DNA of 64,000 bases. It comes from SAR116 cluster bacterium AG-321-A13 (GTDB lineage Bacteria; Pseudomonadota; Alphaproteobacteria; Puniceispirillales; Marisalimonadaceae). Position 1 is the first letter of the stretch. Every line of letters starts with the position of its first letter. Below are positions 30,649 to 40,732 of this stretch, piece after piece. The position numbers and the translations under genes are program-made. The notes beneath the pieces were generated by a model. That model was not told where the DNA came from. It saw only the letters and a program-made list of their open reading frames with translations, and did no database searches. The stretch is from positions 448 to 64,447 of the forward strand of contig QBXD01000003.1 in NCBI GenBank assembly GCA_003283875.1, in the 5' to 3' direction.

Positions 30649-31080
30649 ATGATTCATATTAGTCTATGTAAAAAAAGTGATTATAAAACTTTGATTCAAA
30701 TTGAAAAAAGTATCTTTAAACATTCTATATTAGTAAATGAATTAAAAAACTTTGAAATGAACGACTCCCATGTAATTTGGAAAATTGAAAAAATCAAAAC
30801 TATAGGTTTTGTTTGTTTTTTTCATGTAAGGGACGAAATAGAAATAATTAAGATTTGTATAATAAAATCCCATCAAAGAAAAAATTATGGATCAATACTG
30901 ATCAATGAAATTAAAAAACTTAATATAAAAAAAATATTTCTGGAAGTATCAATTGAAAATGTAAATGCGATTAACTTTTATCTTAAGAATGGATTTCAAA
31001 AAATTGGTGTTAGAAAAGGATATTATGAAAACGATAAAAGCTCTCGGATAGATGCATTGAGGTTTTGCGCTAAGCTATAA
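30649..31080 (+). CDS. rimI: Ribosomal-protein-alanine N-acetyltransferase
   Basis: QRKNYG, FLEVSIENVNAINFYLKNGFQKIGVRKGYY, DA; follows tsaB. Confidence 0.85.
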   Translation: MIHISLCKKSDYKTLIQIEKSIFKHSILVNELKNFEMNDSHVIWKIEKIKTIGFVCFFHVRDEIEIIKICIIKSHQRKNYGSILINEIKKLNIKKIFLEVSIENVNAINFYLKNGFQKIGVRKGYYENDKSSRIDALRFCAKL

Positions 31081-31135
31081 TAAAAATGAAATATTTAAAA
31101 CTTATATTAGGAAATATCAATATTTTATAGGTACT

Positions 31136-32029
31136 ATGGTGTTACTTAACAAAGTACGTGAAAATTTAGACTTTAAGCAGTCAAAAGGTGAAAATTTAAA
31201 TTTTCTTCTTAAAAACAAAATTTTTCAAATAAAACCATTATTAAAAAATAAAATATTTCCAAAAATTGAATTTGGAGACTTCATTATTAAATTAGTAGAT
31301 ACCAAATCAGAGCTAAAGAAAGCCCAAGCTCTAAGATACTCTGTTTTTTATAAAGAAAAAAAAGCTAGGCCAACATTTCCAAAAAAGATGATGAGATTAG
31401 ATTATGACAAAATTGATAAATTTGCTGATCACTTAATTGTAATAGATAAGAAGAGAAAAGGAATTAAAAACAAAATTGTAGGTACGTATAGATTGATACG
31501 TGGTGACGTAGCTTCAGATTTTGGAGGGTTTTATACATCATCAGAGTTTGACCTTACTAATATACTTAATTTATACAATCATCCGCAAATATTAGAATTA
31601 GGAAGATCTTGTGTTCATAAAGATTACAGAAATGGAACTACAATGAATTTTCTTTGGAAGGCGATTGCTGAATATATTAAGTTATATGACATAAATATAT
31701 TATTTGGATGTGCAAGTTTTCCAGGAACAGACGTTCAAAAATATTCAAAGGAATTTTCTTATTTAAGAAGTAATTTTTCTCTACCAGATGAGATGTCAGT
31801 TAAAAGTTTAGACAATAACAATTATCCAGTTCTTAATAAAAATCATTTTAATGACAGTGATTTAAAAACTTTTGCAAAATTACCTCCACTTATAAAAGGA
31901 TATCTGAGAGTTGGTGGGAGAATAAGTGACAGTTTTTTTGTCGATTATGATTTCAACACAATTGACTTTTGTGTGGTTGTCCAAACAGAGAACATAAACG
32001 AAAAATACAAGAATAAATTCTTAAGTTAA
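31136..32029 (+). CDS. olsB: Ornithine lipid N-acyltransferase OlsB-like
   Basis: AQALRYSVF, DKFADHLIV, VGTYRL, FYTSSEFD, LELGRSCVHKDYR, LFGCASF, LPPLIKGYLRVG, DYDFNTID. Confidence 0.85.
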   Translation: MVLLNKVRENLDFKQSKGENLNFLLKNKIFQIKPLLKNKIFPKIEFGDFIIKLVDTKSELKKAQALRYSVFYKEKKARPTFPKKMMRLDYDKIDKFADHLIVIDKKRKGIKNKIVGTYRLIRGDVASDFGGFYTSSEFDLTNILNLYNHPQILELGRSCVHKDYRNGTTMNFLWKAIAEYIKLYDINILFGCASFPGTDVQKYSKEFSYLRSNFSLPDEMSVKSLDNNNYPVLNKNHFNDSDLKTFAKLPPLIKGYLRVGGRISDSFFVDYDFNTIDFCVVVQTENINEKYKNKFLS

Positions 32030-32040
32030 AGTGATTGATT

Positions 32041-32865
32041 ATGACAGTTAAGCAAAATACATATTCTAGTCCAATAGACAATTTATCATTTTTAGACAAT
32101 TTCATCTTTATTCTAAAGTTAATTGTTTTTGTATCATTTTCTATTCCTCTTATAATTGTGACGTTCCTTTTGGGAAAAATAATTCCCATTTTTGGGGAAT
32201 GGTTACCGGTTATTTTTCATAAACTACTTATATGGCTTTTATCAGTCCGTATTGAATTAGAAGGTGAAGTAAATATATCAAATAATTGCAATCTTTATAT
32301 CAGCAATCATCTATCATATTTAGACATACCTATATTAGGCTCTATATACCCATTAAGATTTATTGCAAAATCTGAAGTGGAGAATTGGCCATTATTTGGA
32401 TTTTTAGCTAAATTAGGTAGAACAATATTTATAAGTAGAAACAGGTCTGATAGCCTTTATCAAAAAAATAATATTCTTAAATTATTATCCTCTGATGAGA
32501 AAATATTTATTTTTCCTGAGGGAACAACATCTGATGGGAACAGAGTATTAAACTTCAAATCAAGCTCTTTTTCTTCTGTAGAAGGTCAAAATTTTATCAT
32601 TCAGCCAATAGTTATAGTTTATTCAGACTTAAATGGAATACCAATTAATAGATGGTTAAGGCCTATAATAGCATGGTATGGTAATATGGATCTTAAACCT
32701 CACCTGTCATCATTAGCACATTTAAGATCTATAAAAGTAAGATTAATATATTTAGACAAAGTGAATGCAAAAGATTTTTCTAGCAGGAAAGATCTTAGTA
32801 AATATTTAGAAAATCAAATAAAAAAAGTTTACGCTAGCGCTTTATCAAAAAAACTTACAAAATAA
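32041..32865 (+). CDS. Lysophospholipid/lyso-ornithine-lipid acyltransferase (PlsC/OlsA family)
   Basis: SNHLSYLD (HX4D), FIAKSEV, FPEGTTSDG, AWYGNMDL; immediately after olsB. Confidence 0.88.
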   Translation: MTVKQNTYSSPIDNLSFLDNFIFILKLIVFVSFSIPLIIVTFLLGKIIPIFGEWLPVIFHKLLIWLLSVRIELEGEVNISNNCNLYISNHLSYLDIPILGSIYPLRFIAKSEVENWPLFGFLAKLGRTIFISRNRSDSLYQKNNILKLLSSDEKIFIFPEGTTSDGNRVLNFKSSSFSSVEGQNFIIQPIVIVYSDLNGIPINRWLRPIIAWYGNMDLKPHLSSLAHLRSIKVRLIYLDKVNAKDFSSRKDLSKYLENQIKKVYASALSKKLTK

Positions 32866-32870
32866 TGTTA

Positions 32871-32899
32871 TTGTCAGTAAATGGCATTTAATATATATG
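32871..32899 (+). promoter_or_regulatory. Putative sigma-70 promoter for the miaB operon
   Basis: TTGTCA (32871-76), 17 nt, TATATG (32894-99). Confidence 0.45.
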
Positions 32900-32907
32900 C
32901 ATATTTA

Positions 32908-34260
32908 ATGAAAAAACTTTTTATCAAAACTCACGGATGTCAGATGAATTTTTATGATTCTGAGAAAATGTCAGATTTGTTAAAACCACACGGTTATCAA
33001 TTAGATAATAATGAAGATAATGCGGATCTAATAGTTTTAAACACATGTCACATACGTGAAAAAGCAGTTGAAAAAACCTACTCTGAACTAGGTCGCATTA
33101 GAGATAAAATTAAATTAAGAAAAGAAAAAACTGGTAAAAAGTCTATAGTCGCCGTTACTGGTTGTGTTGCTCAAGCACAGGGCAAAGAAATCATGAAACG
33201 TTCACCATGGGTTGACATAGTAGTTGGCCCTCAATCTTATCAAAATCTCCCTGAATTAATATCTAAGGTTGATCCTGTAAAAAATAACAAATATATAGAT
33301 ATTGAATTTCCTACAATTCCAAAATTTGATCATTTAAATTGTCATATCTCTGATAGGAGCCCTTCAGCCTTTTTAACTATTCAGGAAGGTTGTGATAAGT
33401 TTTGTACCTTCTGTGTTGTGCCTTATACCAGAGGAGCAGAATATTCCAGACCTTTAAATGGAATAATAGACGAAGCAAAAAAATTAGTTGATTCTGGTGT
33501 TAAAGAGATCACTCTTCTTGGACAAAATGTTAATGCTTGGAATGCTGTTGACAAAGATAAAAATATTTGGGGACTAGGAAGACTGATTGAAGAGTTAGCA
33601 AAAATCAAAGAACTTAAATTCATAAGGTATACAACTTCCCATCCGCTTGATATGGATATAGAACTTATTGAAGCCCATAGAGATATTGATAAATTAATGC
33701 CATACTTGCATTTGCCAGTTCAATCTGGTTCTGACAAAGTGTTGAAAATGATGAACAGAAAACATACTTCGGCTGAATATATAAAGGTTATTGAAAAGAT
33801 CAGAGATTATAACCCTGAAATTGCAATATCTGGAGATTTTATAATTGGTTTTCCTGGAGAAACAGATAAAGATCATCAAGCTACACTGAATTTAATAAAA
33901 GAGATTAATTACTCACAAGCATACTCTTTTAAGTATTCTTCTAGACCTGGTACACCTGCTGTTGTTTTTTTTAATCATGTAGAAGAGTGTATAAAAAGTT
34001 CAAGGCTACAAGAAGTACAAGATTTACTAAGGTTACAGCAAATGGAATTTAATAAAAAATCTGTAAATTCAACTCAAAACGTTTTAGTTTTAAAAAATGG
34101 GAAAAAAAATAGACAATATTTAGGAAGATCCCCATTTAATCAATCTATTTATTTTTATTCTGATGATAATAATCTTATTGGATCAACAATTGATATAAAT
34201 GTTACAGAAGCATTTCAAAATAGTTTAACAGGCATTATTAAGCCTAATAAAAATATTTGA
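32908..34260 (+). CDS. miaB: tRNA-2-methylthio-N6-dimethylallyladenosine synthase
   Basis: KTHGCQMN, NTCHIREKA, GCVAQ, EGCDKFCTFCVVPYTRG, HLPVQSGS, C-terminal TRAM domain; start set at MKKLFIKT. Confidence 0.97.
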   Translation: MKKLFIKTHGCQMNFYDSEKMSDLLKPHGYQLDNNEDNADLIVLNTCHIREKAVEKTYSELGRIRDKIKLRKEKTGKKSIVAVTGCVAQAQGKEIMKRSPWVDIVVGPQSYQNLPELISKVDPVKNNKYIDIEFPTIPKFDHLNCHISDRSPSAFLTIQEGCDKFCTFCVVPYTRGAEYSRPLNGIIDEAKKLVDSGVKEITLLGQNVNAWNAVDKDKNIWGLGRLIEELAKIKELKFIRYTTSHPLDMDIELIEAHRDIDKLMPYLHLPVQSGSDKVLKMMNRKHTSAEYIKVIEKIRDYNPEIAISGDFIIGFPGETDKDHQATLNLIKEINYSQAYSFKYSSRPGTPAVVFFNHVEECIKSSRLQEVQDLLRLQQMEFNKKSVNSTQNVLVLKNGKKNRQYLGRSPFNQSIYFYSDDNNLIGSTIDINVTEAFQNSLTGIIKPNKNI

Positions 34261-34273
34261 AAGCCATTTAATT

Positions 34274-35269
34274 TTGAATTTTAAAATAAAAAAAGAAGAA
34301 ATTAAAATTGAATTTCCAAATAATTCCTTAATAGCCTTATTAGTTGGAAATCATAGTATTAATATAATTAAACTAGAGAGATTGATTGATGTAAATATAA
34401 ATTTATTCGGCAATCAGTTTCATATTTCTGGAAAACTTAAAAATATCAACTTAGCAAAATCAATTTTAACAAATGTTTATAATAAATTATCTAATGAGAA
34501 AATTGAAAATATAAAATTTGAATTTTCAGATTTTGAGACTGAATTGAGAATGTTAAGTGGTAAAAACAAGCTAAATCTTGCTCCAAGACCGAAGATAGAC
34601 AAGATTATTGAGTTTAAGTTTGAAACCTGGAAAAAAACTATTGTTCCTAAAAGTATAGGTCAAAAAGAGTATTTTGAAGCATTGAATAACTATGAATTAG
34701 TTTTTGGCTTAGGCCCAGCAGGTACTGGAAAGTCCTATCTAGCAGTAGCAAAGGGCATTGATATGTTAAAAAAAGGCCTTGTTGATAAAATTATTTTGAC
34801 AAGACCTGCTGTTGAAGCTGGTGAAAGATTAGGTTTTTTGCCAGGAGATATGAAAGAAAAAATAGATCCATATTTACGACCTATTTATGACGCATTATAT
34901 GAGATGATGCCTGCTGATAGAGTCGAAAAAAAAATTCAATCAGGAGAAATAGAGATTGCTCCTTTAGCATTCATGAGAGGAAGAACTTTTAATAATGCTT
35001 ATGTCATAGTAGATGAAGCTCAAAACACAACTTCAGTTCAAATGAAAATGGTCCTTACTCGAATAGGACAAGGTTCTAGAATGGTAATTAATGGTGATTT
35101 AAGTCAAGTAGATCTTCCTAAAGGACAGCTTTCAGGATTAAAGGAATCCGAAAAAATACTTAGTAAAATTAGAGAAATTAAGATAATCTCTCTTAAATCA
35201 AATGATGTTATTAGGCATCCAATAGTTGCTAAAATTATTAAAGCTTATGATTATTTTAATAAACTTTGA
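34274..35269 (+). CDS. phoH: PhoH-family ATPase (YbeZ-like)
   Basis: GPAGTGKS, TRPAVEAGERLGFLPGD, DPYLRP, APLAFMRGRT, DEAQN, VIRHP. Confidence 0.94.
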   Translation: MNFKIKKEEIKIEFPNNSLIALLVGNHSINIIKLERLIDVNINLFGNQFHISGKLKNINLAKSILTNVYNKLSNEKIENIKFEFSDFETELRMLSGKNKLNLAPRPKIDKIIEFKFETWKKTIVPKSIGQKEYFEALNNYELVFGLGPAGTGKSYLAVAKGIDMLKKGLVDKIILTRPAVEAGERLGFLPGDMKEKIDPYLRPIYDALYEMMPADRVEKKIQSGEIEIAPLAFMRGRTFNNAYVIVDEAQNTTSVQMKMVLTRIGQGSRMVINGDLSQVDLPKGQLSGLKESEKILSKIREIKIISLKSNDVIRHPIVAKIIKAYDYFNKL

Positions 35270-35284
35270 GACTATTTTAATACT

Positions 35285-35803
35285 ATGATTACGCGAAAAG
35301 AAAAAGACAGTCACAAAACATGGAAAAACGATATCTTAAGCGTAGAAGCTATAATAGATGAATCATTATGGAACAAACAAGTAATTAATGATTTTCAAAA
35401 AAACTTAAATGAAATCTTAATTGGAATTTATCAAAAATCTGATTTGATAAATACTAATAAAAAAAATTATGTTTCTGTATTATTTGCTGGTGACAAAAAA
35501 ATAATTGAGCTTAATAAACGGTTCAGAAAGATTAATTTGCCTACAAATGTTTTATCATTTCCATCTTTTATAGAAAAAAACAATGAAATTTTTTTAGGTG
35601 ACATAATTTTTTCAGCTGAAACTATTTTTAGAGAGGCTAAAAGAGACAAAAAGAGTTTTAAGAGTCATTTAATTCATCTTTTTATCCATGGAGTTTTGCA
35701 TTTAATTGGCTATGATCATCAAACCGAAAATAATGCAAAAGTTATGGAAAGTTTAGAAATAAAAATTTTAGAAACTTTGAATATAAATAATCCATACGAA
35801 TAA
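35285..35803 (+). CDS. ybeY: rRNA maturation endoribonuclease YbeY
   Basis: LNKRFR, PTNVLSFP, LGDI, HGVLHLIGYDH. Confidence 0.95.
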   Translation: MITRKEKDSHKTWKNDILSVEAIIDESLWNKQVINDFQKNLNEILIGIYQKSDLINTNKKNYVSVLFAGDKKIIELNKRFRKINLPTNVLSFPSFIEKNNEIFLGDIIFSAETIFREAKRDKKSFKSHLIHLFIHGVLHLIGYDHQTENNAKVMESLEIKILETLNINNPYE

Positions 35804-35843
35804 GTTAAAAATAAAATTATTAAAATAAAGAAATTATAAATCA

Positions 35844-36713
35844 ATGAAACTTAAATTTTCAAATTTTTTTAAAAAGAATAAATCAAACAATTCAGACAAA
35901 ATTCTAGATAAAGAATTAGAACAATTTGTTGCAAAAAGAATTAATGCAGATGATTCAAATGGTAATAATTTAAGTCATGAAAATGAATTGCTAAAAAATC
36001 TTGCTGGGTTAAGAGGAATAACTGCGTCAGACGTTATGGTTCCAAGAGTTGATATTGTTTCAGTTGCAATGTCCGATGATTTTGATGAAATAGTAAAGCA
36101 ATTAATTAAAACAAATCATAGTAGAGTGCCTGTAAGAAATGAAAGCCTAGATGATATAGTTGGGATACTTCACATTAAAGACGTGTTAGCTAATTTATTT
36201 TTAAAAGAAAAACAAGATATAAAAAATCTTATTAAAAAACCTATATTTGTATCTCCTTCAATAAGTTTGTTAGACCTACTTTATGAAATGAGAGTTAAAA
36301 GACGTCATTTAGCACTAGTGGTCGATGAATATGGTGGTATTGACGGCCTAGTAACTATTGAAGACTTAGTAGAAGAATTAGTTGGAGAAATAGAAGATGA
36401 ACATGATTTATCTTCAGAATATCGCCAAGATAAATTGGAAGACGGCTCTATAATTGTAGATGCCAGGATAACAATTGATCAGCTTGAAGATCTTTTCTCA
36501 TCTATAAGAAAGGAAGACTTAAATGATGAAATTGAGACACTTGGAGGTTTTATAATTAGCATAGCTGGTAGAGTTCCGGTAAAGGGTCAAGTAATAAAAT
36601 ATTCTCCATCAGGCTTTAAATTTGAAATATTAGAGGCAGATCCTCGGAAAGTTATTTTAGTTAAGATAAGAGGCTTAAACAAAATATTCGCATTTGAAAA
36701 ACAAAATTTATAA
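35844..36713 (+). CDS. corC: CBS/CorC-HlyC domain protein (YbeX/CorC-like)
   Basis: [54 protein letters not shown]. Confidence 0.85.
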   Translation: MKLKFSNFFKKNKSNNSDKILDKELEQFVAKRINADDSNGNNLSHENELLKNLAGLRGITASDVMVPRVDIVSVAMSDDFDEIVKQLIKTNHSRVPVRNESLDDIVGILHIKDVLANLFLKEKQDIKNLIKKPIFVSPSISLLDLLYEMRVKRRHLALVVDEYGGIDGLVTIEDLVEELVGEIEDEHDLSSEYRQDKLEDGSIIVDARITIDQLEDLFSSIRKEDLNDEIETLGGFIISIAGRVPVKGQVIKYSPSGFKFEILEADPRKVILVKIRGLNKIFAFEKQNL

Positions 36714-36721
36714 ATATTTCA

Positions 36722-38260
36722 ATGAACAAATACTATAAATCTAAATTCTTATTTAACATTTTAATTTTTTGTTCCGCTTCAATTGCAACTTTTTCAATCC
36801 CCCCCTACTCCTTTTTCTTTTTTATCTTTTTCTTAGGTTTTGGGATCTATCTAATTACTTTACGCTCTTCATTGAAGCAAACTTTTATAGCAGGGTGGTT
36901 TTTGGGGTTTGGTTGGTTTGCATTCGGTCTATATTGGATTGGTTCAGCCTTTATGGTAGCCGATACCTATCACAAAGTGCTGATGCCTTTAGCTGTTATT
37001 GTTTTACCAAGTATATTAGCAATTTTTTGGGGAATTGCATGTGTTTTTGCTAAATTACTAACAAAAAAAAATCAATCTTCTTTATTTTTAATAATAGTTT
37101 TTTTAACTTTATTTGAATATTTAAGAGCAAAGTTGTTAACAGGTTTTCCATGGTTAATGCCTTCAATAATCTTGTCATCAAATGATTATTTAATTCAAAT
37201 ATTTGCATTAGTAGGAAGCTTTACAGCTAATTTATTTGTCTTTAGTTTTTCAATTTTACCTTTTGTTTTAATTTTTAACTTTAGGAGTAAATACATTATT
37301 TTTGGTTTGTTATCGATCCCTATTACAATCTTACTTTTTTCAAGCTTTGTCCGTCTCTACAATAAAGATAATAAGGTATCAGATAAGAACTTAATTACAC
37401 TTGTGCAGCCCAACATAGAACAAAAAGATAAATGGGATCTTGAAAAACGAAACTCTAATTTAAATAAACTAACACAATTTTCCATTCAAAATGTTAACGA
37501 ATATATAGGTGTTAATAGAATAATTATTTGGCCTGAAACAAGTTTTGAAGGTACAATACCAAATGAAATGGAATTGTTATCTGTTATTAGCAAAAGAATA
37601 TTGACAGATCAAAAAGCAATTTTAGTAGTTGGGTTATTAAGAGTTGATAAAAATAAATTGTTCAACTCACTTGTCTTTTTAAACTCAAAAGGAAATATAA
37701 TACATCAATATGATAAAATACACTTAGTTCCTTTTGGTGAGTACATACCACTAAGGAATAAATTTACCAAAATTGCAAATTTTTTAAGTTTGAAAGACTT
37801 CTCTAGTGGAAATATAAAACCAAACTTCACTTTAAAAGGATTTGGAAACATATTAACTCTTATATGCTACGAAATCTTATTTACTGAAGAGGTTATTTCC
37901 AGATTATCTAAAAACACTAATTTATTAATTAATATTACCAATGATGCTTGGTTTGGAAAAACAATAGGGCCCTACCAACATTTAGCACTTGCTAAAATTA
38001 AGGCTGTTGAATTAGGAATTCCATTAGCCAGAGTTGCTAATACAGGGATATCGGCTTTAATTTCACCTTATGGAGAAGAAATTACTAAAATACCTCTTTA
38101 CGAAAGTGGTTCTAGAACTGCCAAATTATCTTTACCTTTAAAAAATACTATTTACAGAAAATACGGTGAGATTATTTTTATTGTTTCAATTTTATTTTTA
38201 ATATTTATAAACAAAATGTATAATTATAAATTTAGAAGAGATTTTAAAAATGAGAAATAA
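36722..38260 (+). CDS. lnt: Apolipoprotein N-acyltransferase
   Basis: [50 protein letters not shown]. Confidence 0.96.
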   Translation: MNKYYKSKFLFNILIFCSASIATFSIPPYSFFFFIFFLGFGIYLITLRSSLKQTFIAGWFLGFGWFAFGLYWIGSAFMVADTYHKVLMPLAVIVLPSILAIFWGIACVFAKLLTKKNQSSLFLIIVFLTLFEYLRAKLLTGFPWLMPSIILSSNDYLIQIFALVGSFTANLFVFSFSILPFVLIFNFRSKYIIFGLLSIPITILLFSSFVRLYNKDNKVSDKNLITLVQPNIEQKDKWDLEKRNSNLNKLTQFSIQNVNEYIGVNRIIIWPETSFEGTIPNEMELLSVISKRILTDQKAILVVGLLRVDKNKLFNSLVFLNSKGNIIHQYDKIHLVPFGEYIPLRNKFTKIANFLSLKDFSSGNIKPNFTLKGFGNILTLICYEILFTEEVISRLSKNTNLLINITNDAWFGKTIGPYQHLALAKIKAVELGIPLARVANTGISALISPYGEEITKIPLYESGSRTAKLSLPLKNTIYRKYGEIIFIVSILFLIFINKMYNYKFRRDFKNEK

Positions 38261-39434
38261 TTATTTATTTACATCAGAGTCAGTGTCTGAGGGGCATCCA
38301 GATAAGATCTGTGACAGAATTTCTGATACTGTTGTTGATTTAATGTTAAAAAAATACCCTGAAGCAAGAGTTGCTTGTGAAACGATGGTTTCTACTAACA
38401 GGACAATTATTGCTGGAGAATATAGACTTCCAGATGGCATTTATATAGAAAATCAAGAAATTGAAGATCATGTTAGAAAAGCGATTAGAGATATTGGATA
38501 TGAACAAGACGGATTCCACTGGGAAAAAATGCATTTTGAATGTCATCTTCACGAGCAATCTTCAGATATTGCTGCTGGAGTAGATCAATCAGGTAATAAG
38601 GATGAAGGTGCTGGTGATCAGGGATTAATGTTTGGTTATGCATGTAATGAAACAGAAGCTTTGATGCCCGCTCCTATATTTTATTCTCATAAAATATTGA
38701 AAGAAATGTCTATAATTAGACATATGAATAAAAATAGTATTTTACTGCCTGACAGTAAATCTCAAATAACTTTAGAATATAAAGATGGTATTCCTGTGAA
38801 GACTAGTTCCATAGTTGTTTCTACTCAGCATGTTAAAGACTGTTCCCAACAAGATATTAAAAATATTGTAAGAGGTGTTGTGAAAAAAGTATTACCAGAA
38901 GGTTGGATGTGTCCAGAAGAAGAGTTTTATGTTAATCCTACGGGTATTTTTGAAATTGGTGGGCCAGACGGTGACGCAGGTTTAACTGGAAGAAAAATTA
39001 TTGTAGATACTTATGGTGGTGCTTCACCTCATGGAGGTGGAGCTTTCTCAGGCAAAGACCCAACAAAAGTTGATAGATCAGCTGCGTATTTAACAAGATA
39101 TTTAGCTAAAAACGTTGTTGCCTCTGGCTTGGCGTCAAAATGTACAATACAGATTGCATATGCAATAGGAGTATCTAAACCTCTTTCATTATATGTTAAT
39201 ACTGAAGGTACTGGAAAGATTAACGATAATAGGATTGAAAAAATTCTTACTAACTTGATTGATATGTCTCCAAGAGGTGTTAGAGAACATTTGAAACTAA
39301 ATAAACCTATATATGTGCCTACATCTGCCTATGGACATTTTGGTAGGGATCCAAATGAAGGTGTTGAAGGTTCATTTACTTGGGAAAAAACTGATCTTGT
39401 TGACTTTATTCTTGATGAACTAAACAAAAGTTGA
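38250..39434 (+). CDS. metK: S-adenosylmethionine synthetase
   Basis: [49 protein letters not shown]. Confidence 0.99.
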   Translation: MRNNYLFTSESVSEGHPDKICDRISDTVVDLMLKKYPEARVACETMVSTNRTIIAGEYRLPDGIYIENQEIEDHVRKAIRDIGYEQDGFHWEKMHFECHLHEQSSDIAAGVDQSGNKDEGAGDQGLMFGYACNETEALMPAPIFYSHKILKEMSIIRHMNKNSILLPDSKSQITLEYKDGIPVKTSSIVVSTQHVKDCSQQDIKNIVRGVVKKVLPEGWMCPEEEFYVNPTGIFEIGGPDGDAGLTGRKIIVDTYGGASPHGGGAFSGKDPTKVDRSAAYLTRYLAKNVVASGLASKCTIQIAYAIGVSKPLSLYVNTEGTGKINDNRIEKILTNLIDMSPRGVREHLKLNKPIYVPTSAYGHFGRDPNEGVEGSFTWEKTDLVDFILDELNKS

Positions 39435-40108
39435 GTGTACTCTCATCTAAAGAGTTTCCAAGGTTTTATGGAAGAAGAATAGGTCGAAAACTATCTAAAT
39501 CAGGTATTTTGGCTCTGAAAGAAGGGTCCAGATATATTTTACAATATGATAAATTTTCAGAAGCTTTTTTGAATTTTAACAAAAAAATAGTCCTTGAAAT
39601 TGGCTTTGGTGACGGCAAAAATTTAATAAATTCAGCAAAACATAACCCTGAAACTCTCTACTTAGGTGCAGATCCGTTTTTAAACACAACTGTAAAATGT
39701 ATAAAACAAATATTAGAAAATAATATAAATAACATTAAAATTTGGCCAGATGACATTAGAAAGATTTTAGATCTTTTTCCATTAAAAAGTATTTCAGAAG
39801 TAAAGTTATTGTTTCCAGATCCATGGCCTAAATTAAAACATCAAAACCGAAGATTAATACAGATTAATTTCATTAATAATATTTATAAAATTTTGGAAAC
39901 AAATGGAACGGTTACGGTTGGAACAGACCACAAAATTTTAAAAAGTTGGATTTTAGAAAAGTTCCAAGCGAATAATGAATTTGAATGGCTAGTAGAGACC
40001 TCAAAAGATTGGCAAAATAGACCTAAAGATTGCTTTCTAACAAAATATGAGGAAAAAGCACTTAATGAAAAGAGAATGCCAAGTTGGTTTGTCTTTAAAA
40101 AAAAATAA
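39431..40108 (+). CDS. trmB: tRNA (guanine-N7)-methyltransferase
   Basis: [35 protein letters not shown]. Confidence 0.95.
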   Translation: MSVLSSKEFPRFYGRRIGRKLSKSGILALKEGSRYILQYDKFSEAFLNFNKKIVLEIGFGDGKNLINSAKHNPETLYLGADPFLNTTVKCIKQILENNINNIKIWPDDIRKILDLFPLKSISEVKLLFPDPWPKLKHQNRRLIQINFINNIYKILETNGTVTVGTDHKILKSWILEKFQANNEFEWLVETSKDWQNRPKDCFLTKYEEKALNEKRMPSWFVFKKK

Positions 40109-40144
40109 AATATCTATAAATTTTTATAATCATAGTCAAAGTTA

Positions 40145-40173
40145 TTGATTTATTTTGAAATTAAAATTATAAA
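40145..40173 (+). promoter_or_regulatory. Sigma-70 promoter of the rimP-nusA-infB operon
   Basis: TTGATT (40145-50), 17 nt, TATAAA (40168-73). Confidence 0.6.
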
Positions 40174-40179
40174 GATAGT

Positions 40180-40206
40180 GTGAGTCTTTTGGCTCACTTT
40201 TTTTTT
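40180..40206 (+). terminator. rimP-leader attenuator (intrinsic terminator hairpin)
   Basis: GTGAGTC-TTTT-GGCTCAC 7-bp stem (one G-U pair) followed by T9, 20 nt before the rimP start. Confidence 0.8.
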
Positions 40207-40226
40207 AATTTGAGGAATTAGATTAA

Positions 40227-40709
40227 TTGCTTGATGAACATATTAAAGATTTATTATATTTAAGATTAAAAAAACTTGGTTATCACATAATACGTGTTAA
40301 AACTACTAAAGTAGGTCCAAAAAAAACGTTGCAGATAATGGCTGAGCGTACTAAGGATAGACAATTAAGTCTTGAGGACTGCACTTTTCTTAGCAAAGAG
40401 ATATCATCATTTTTAGAAGTTGATGATCCAATTAGTTCATCTTATATATTAGAAGTTTCATCAGGCGGTCTATCGAGGCCATTGACAGTAATTGAAGATT
40501 ACAAATTGTTTGTACAGAATAAAGCTAAAATTGTTTTAAAAGAAAAATTCAATGGTAAGAAAACATACAAAGGATTTTTACAGGGAATTGACGAAAACGG
40601 ATACATTTTATTAGAGACTGAAGACTATGAAATGAAAGTTGACTTTTTAGAAATTGAAAAGGCAAATATTGATCCGGATTGGTCTATTAAAAATAATCAA
40701 ATTATATAA
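40227..40709 (+). CDS. rimP: Ribosome maturation factor RimP
   Basis: TLQIMAE, EDC, LEVDDPI, YILEVSSGGLSRPL; upstream of nusA. Confidence 0.93.
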   Translation: MLDEHIKDLLYLRLKKLGYHIIRVKTTKVGPKKTLQIMAERTKDRQLSLEDCTFLSKEISSFLEVDDPISSSYILEVSSGGLSRPLTVIEDYKLFVQNKAKIVLKEKFNGKKTYKGFLQGIDENGYILLETEDYEMKVDFLEIEKANIDPDWSIKNNQII

Positions 40710-40732
40710 TTTTACTGATACAAGGAAATGCA

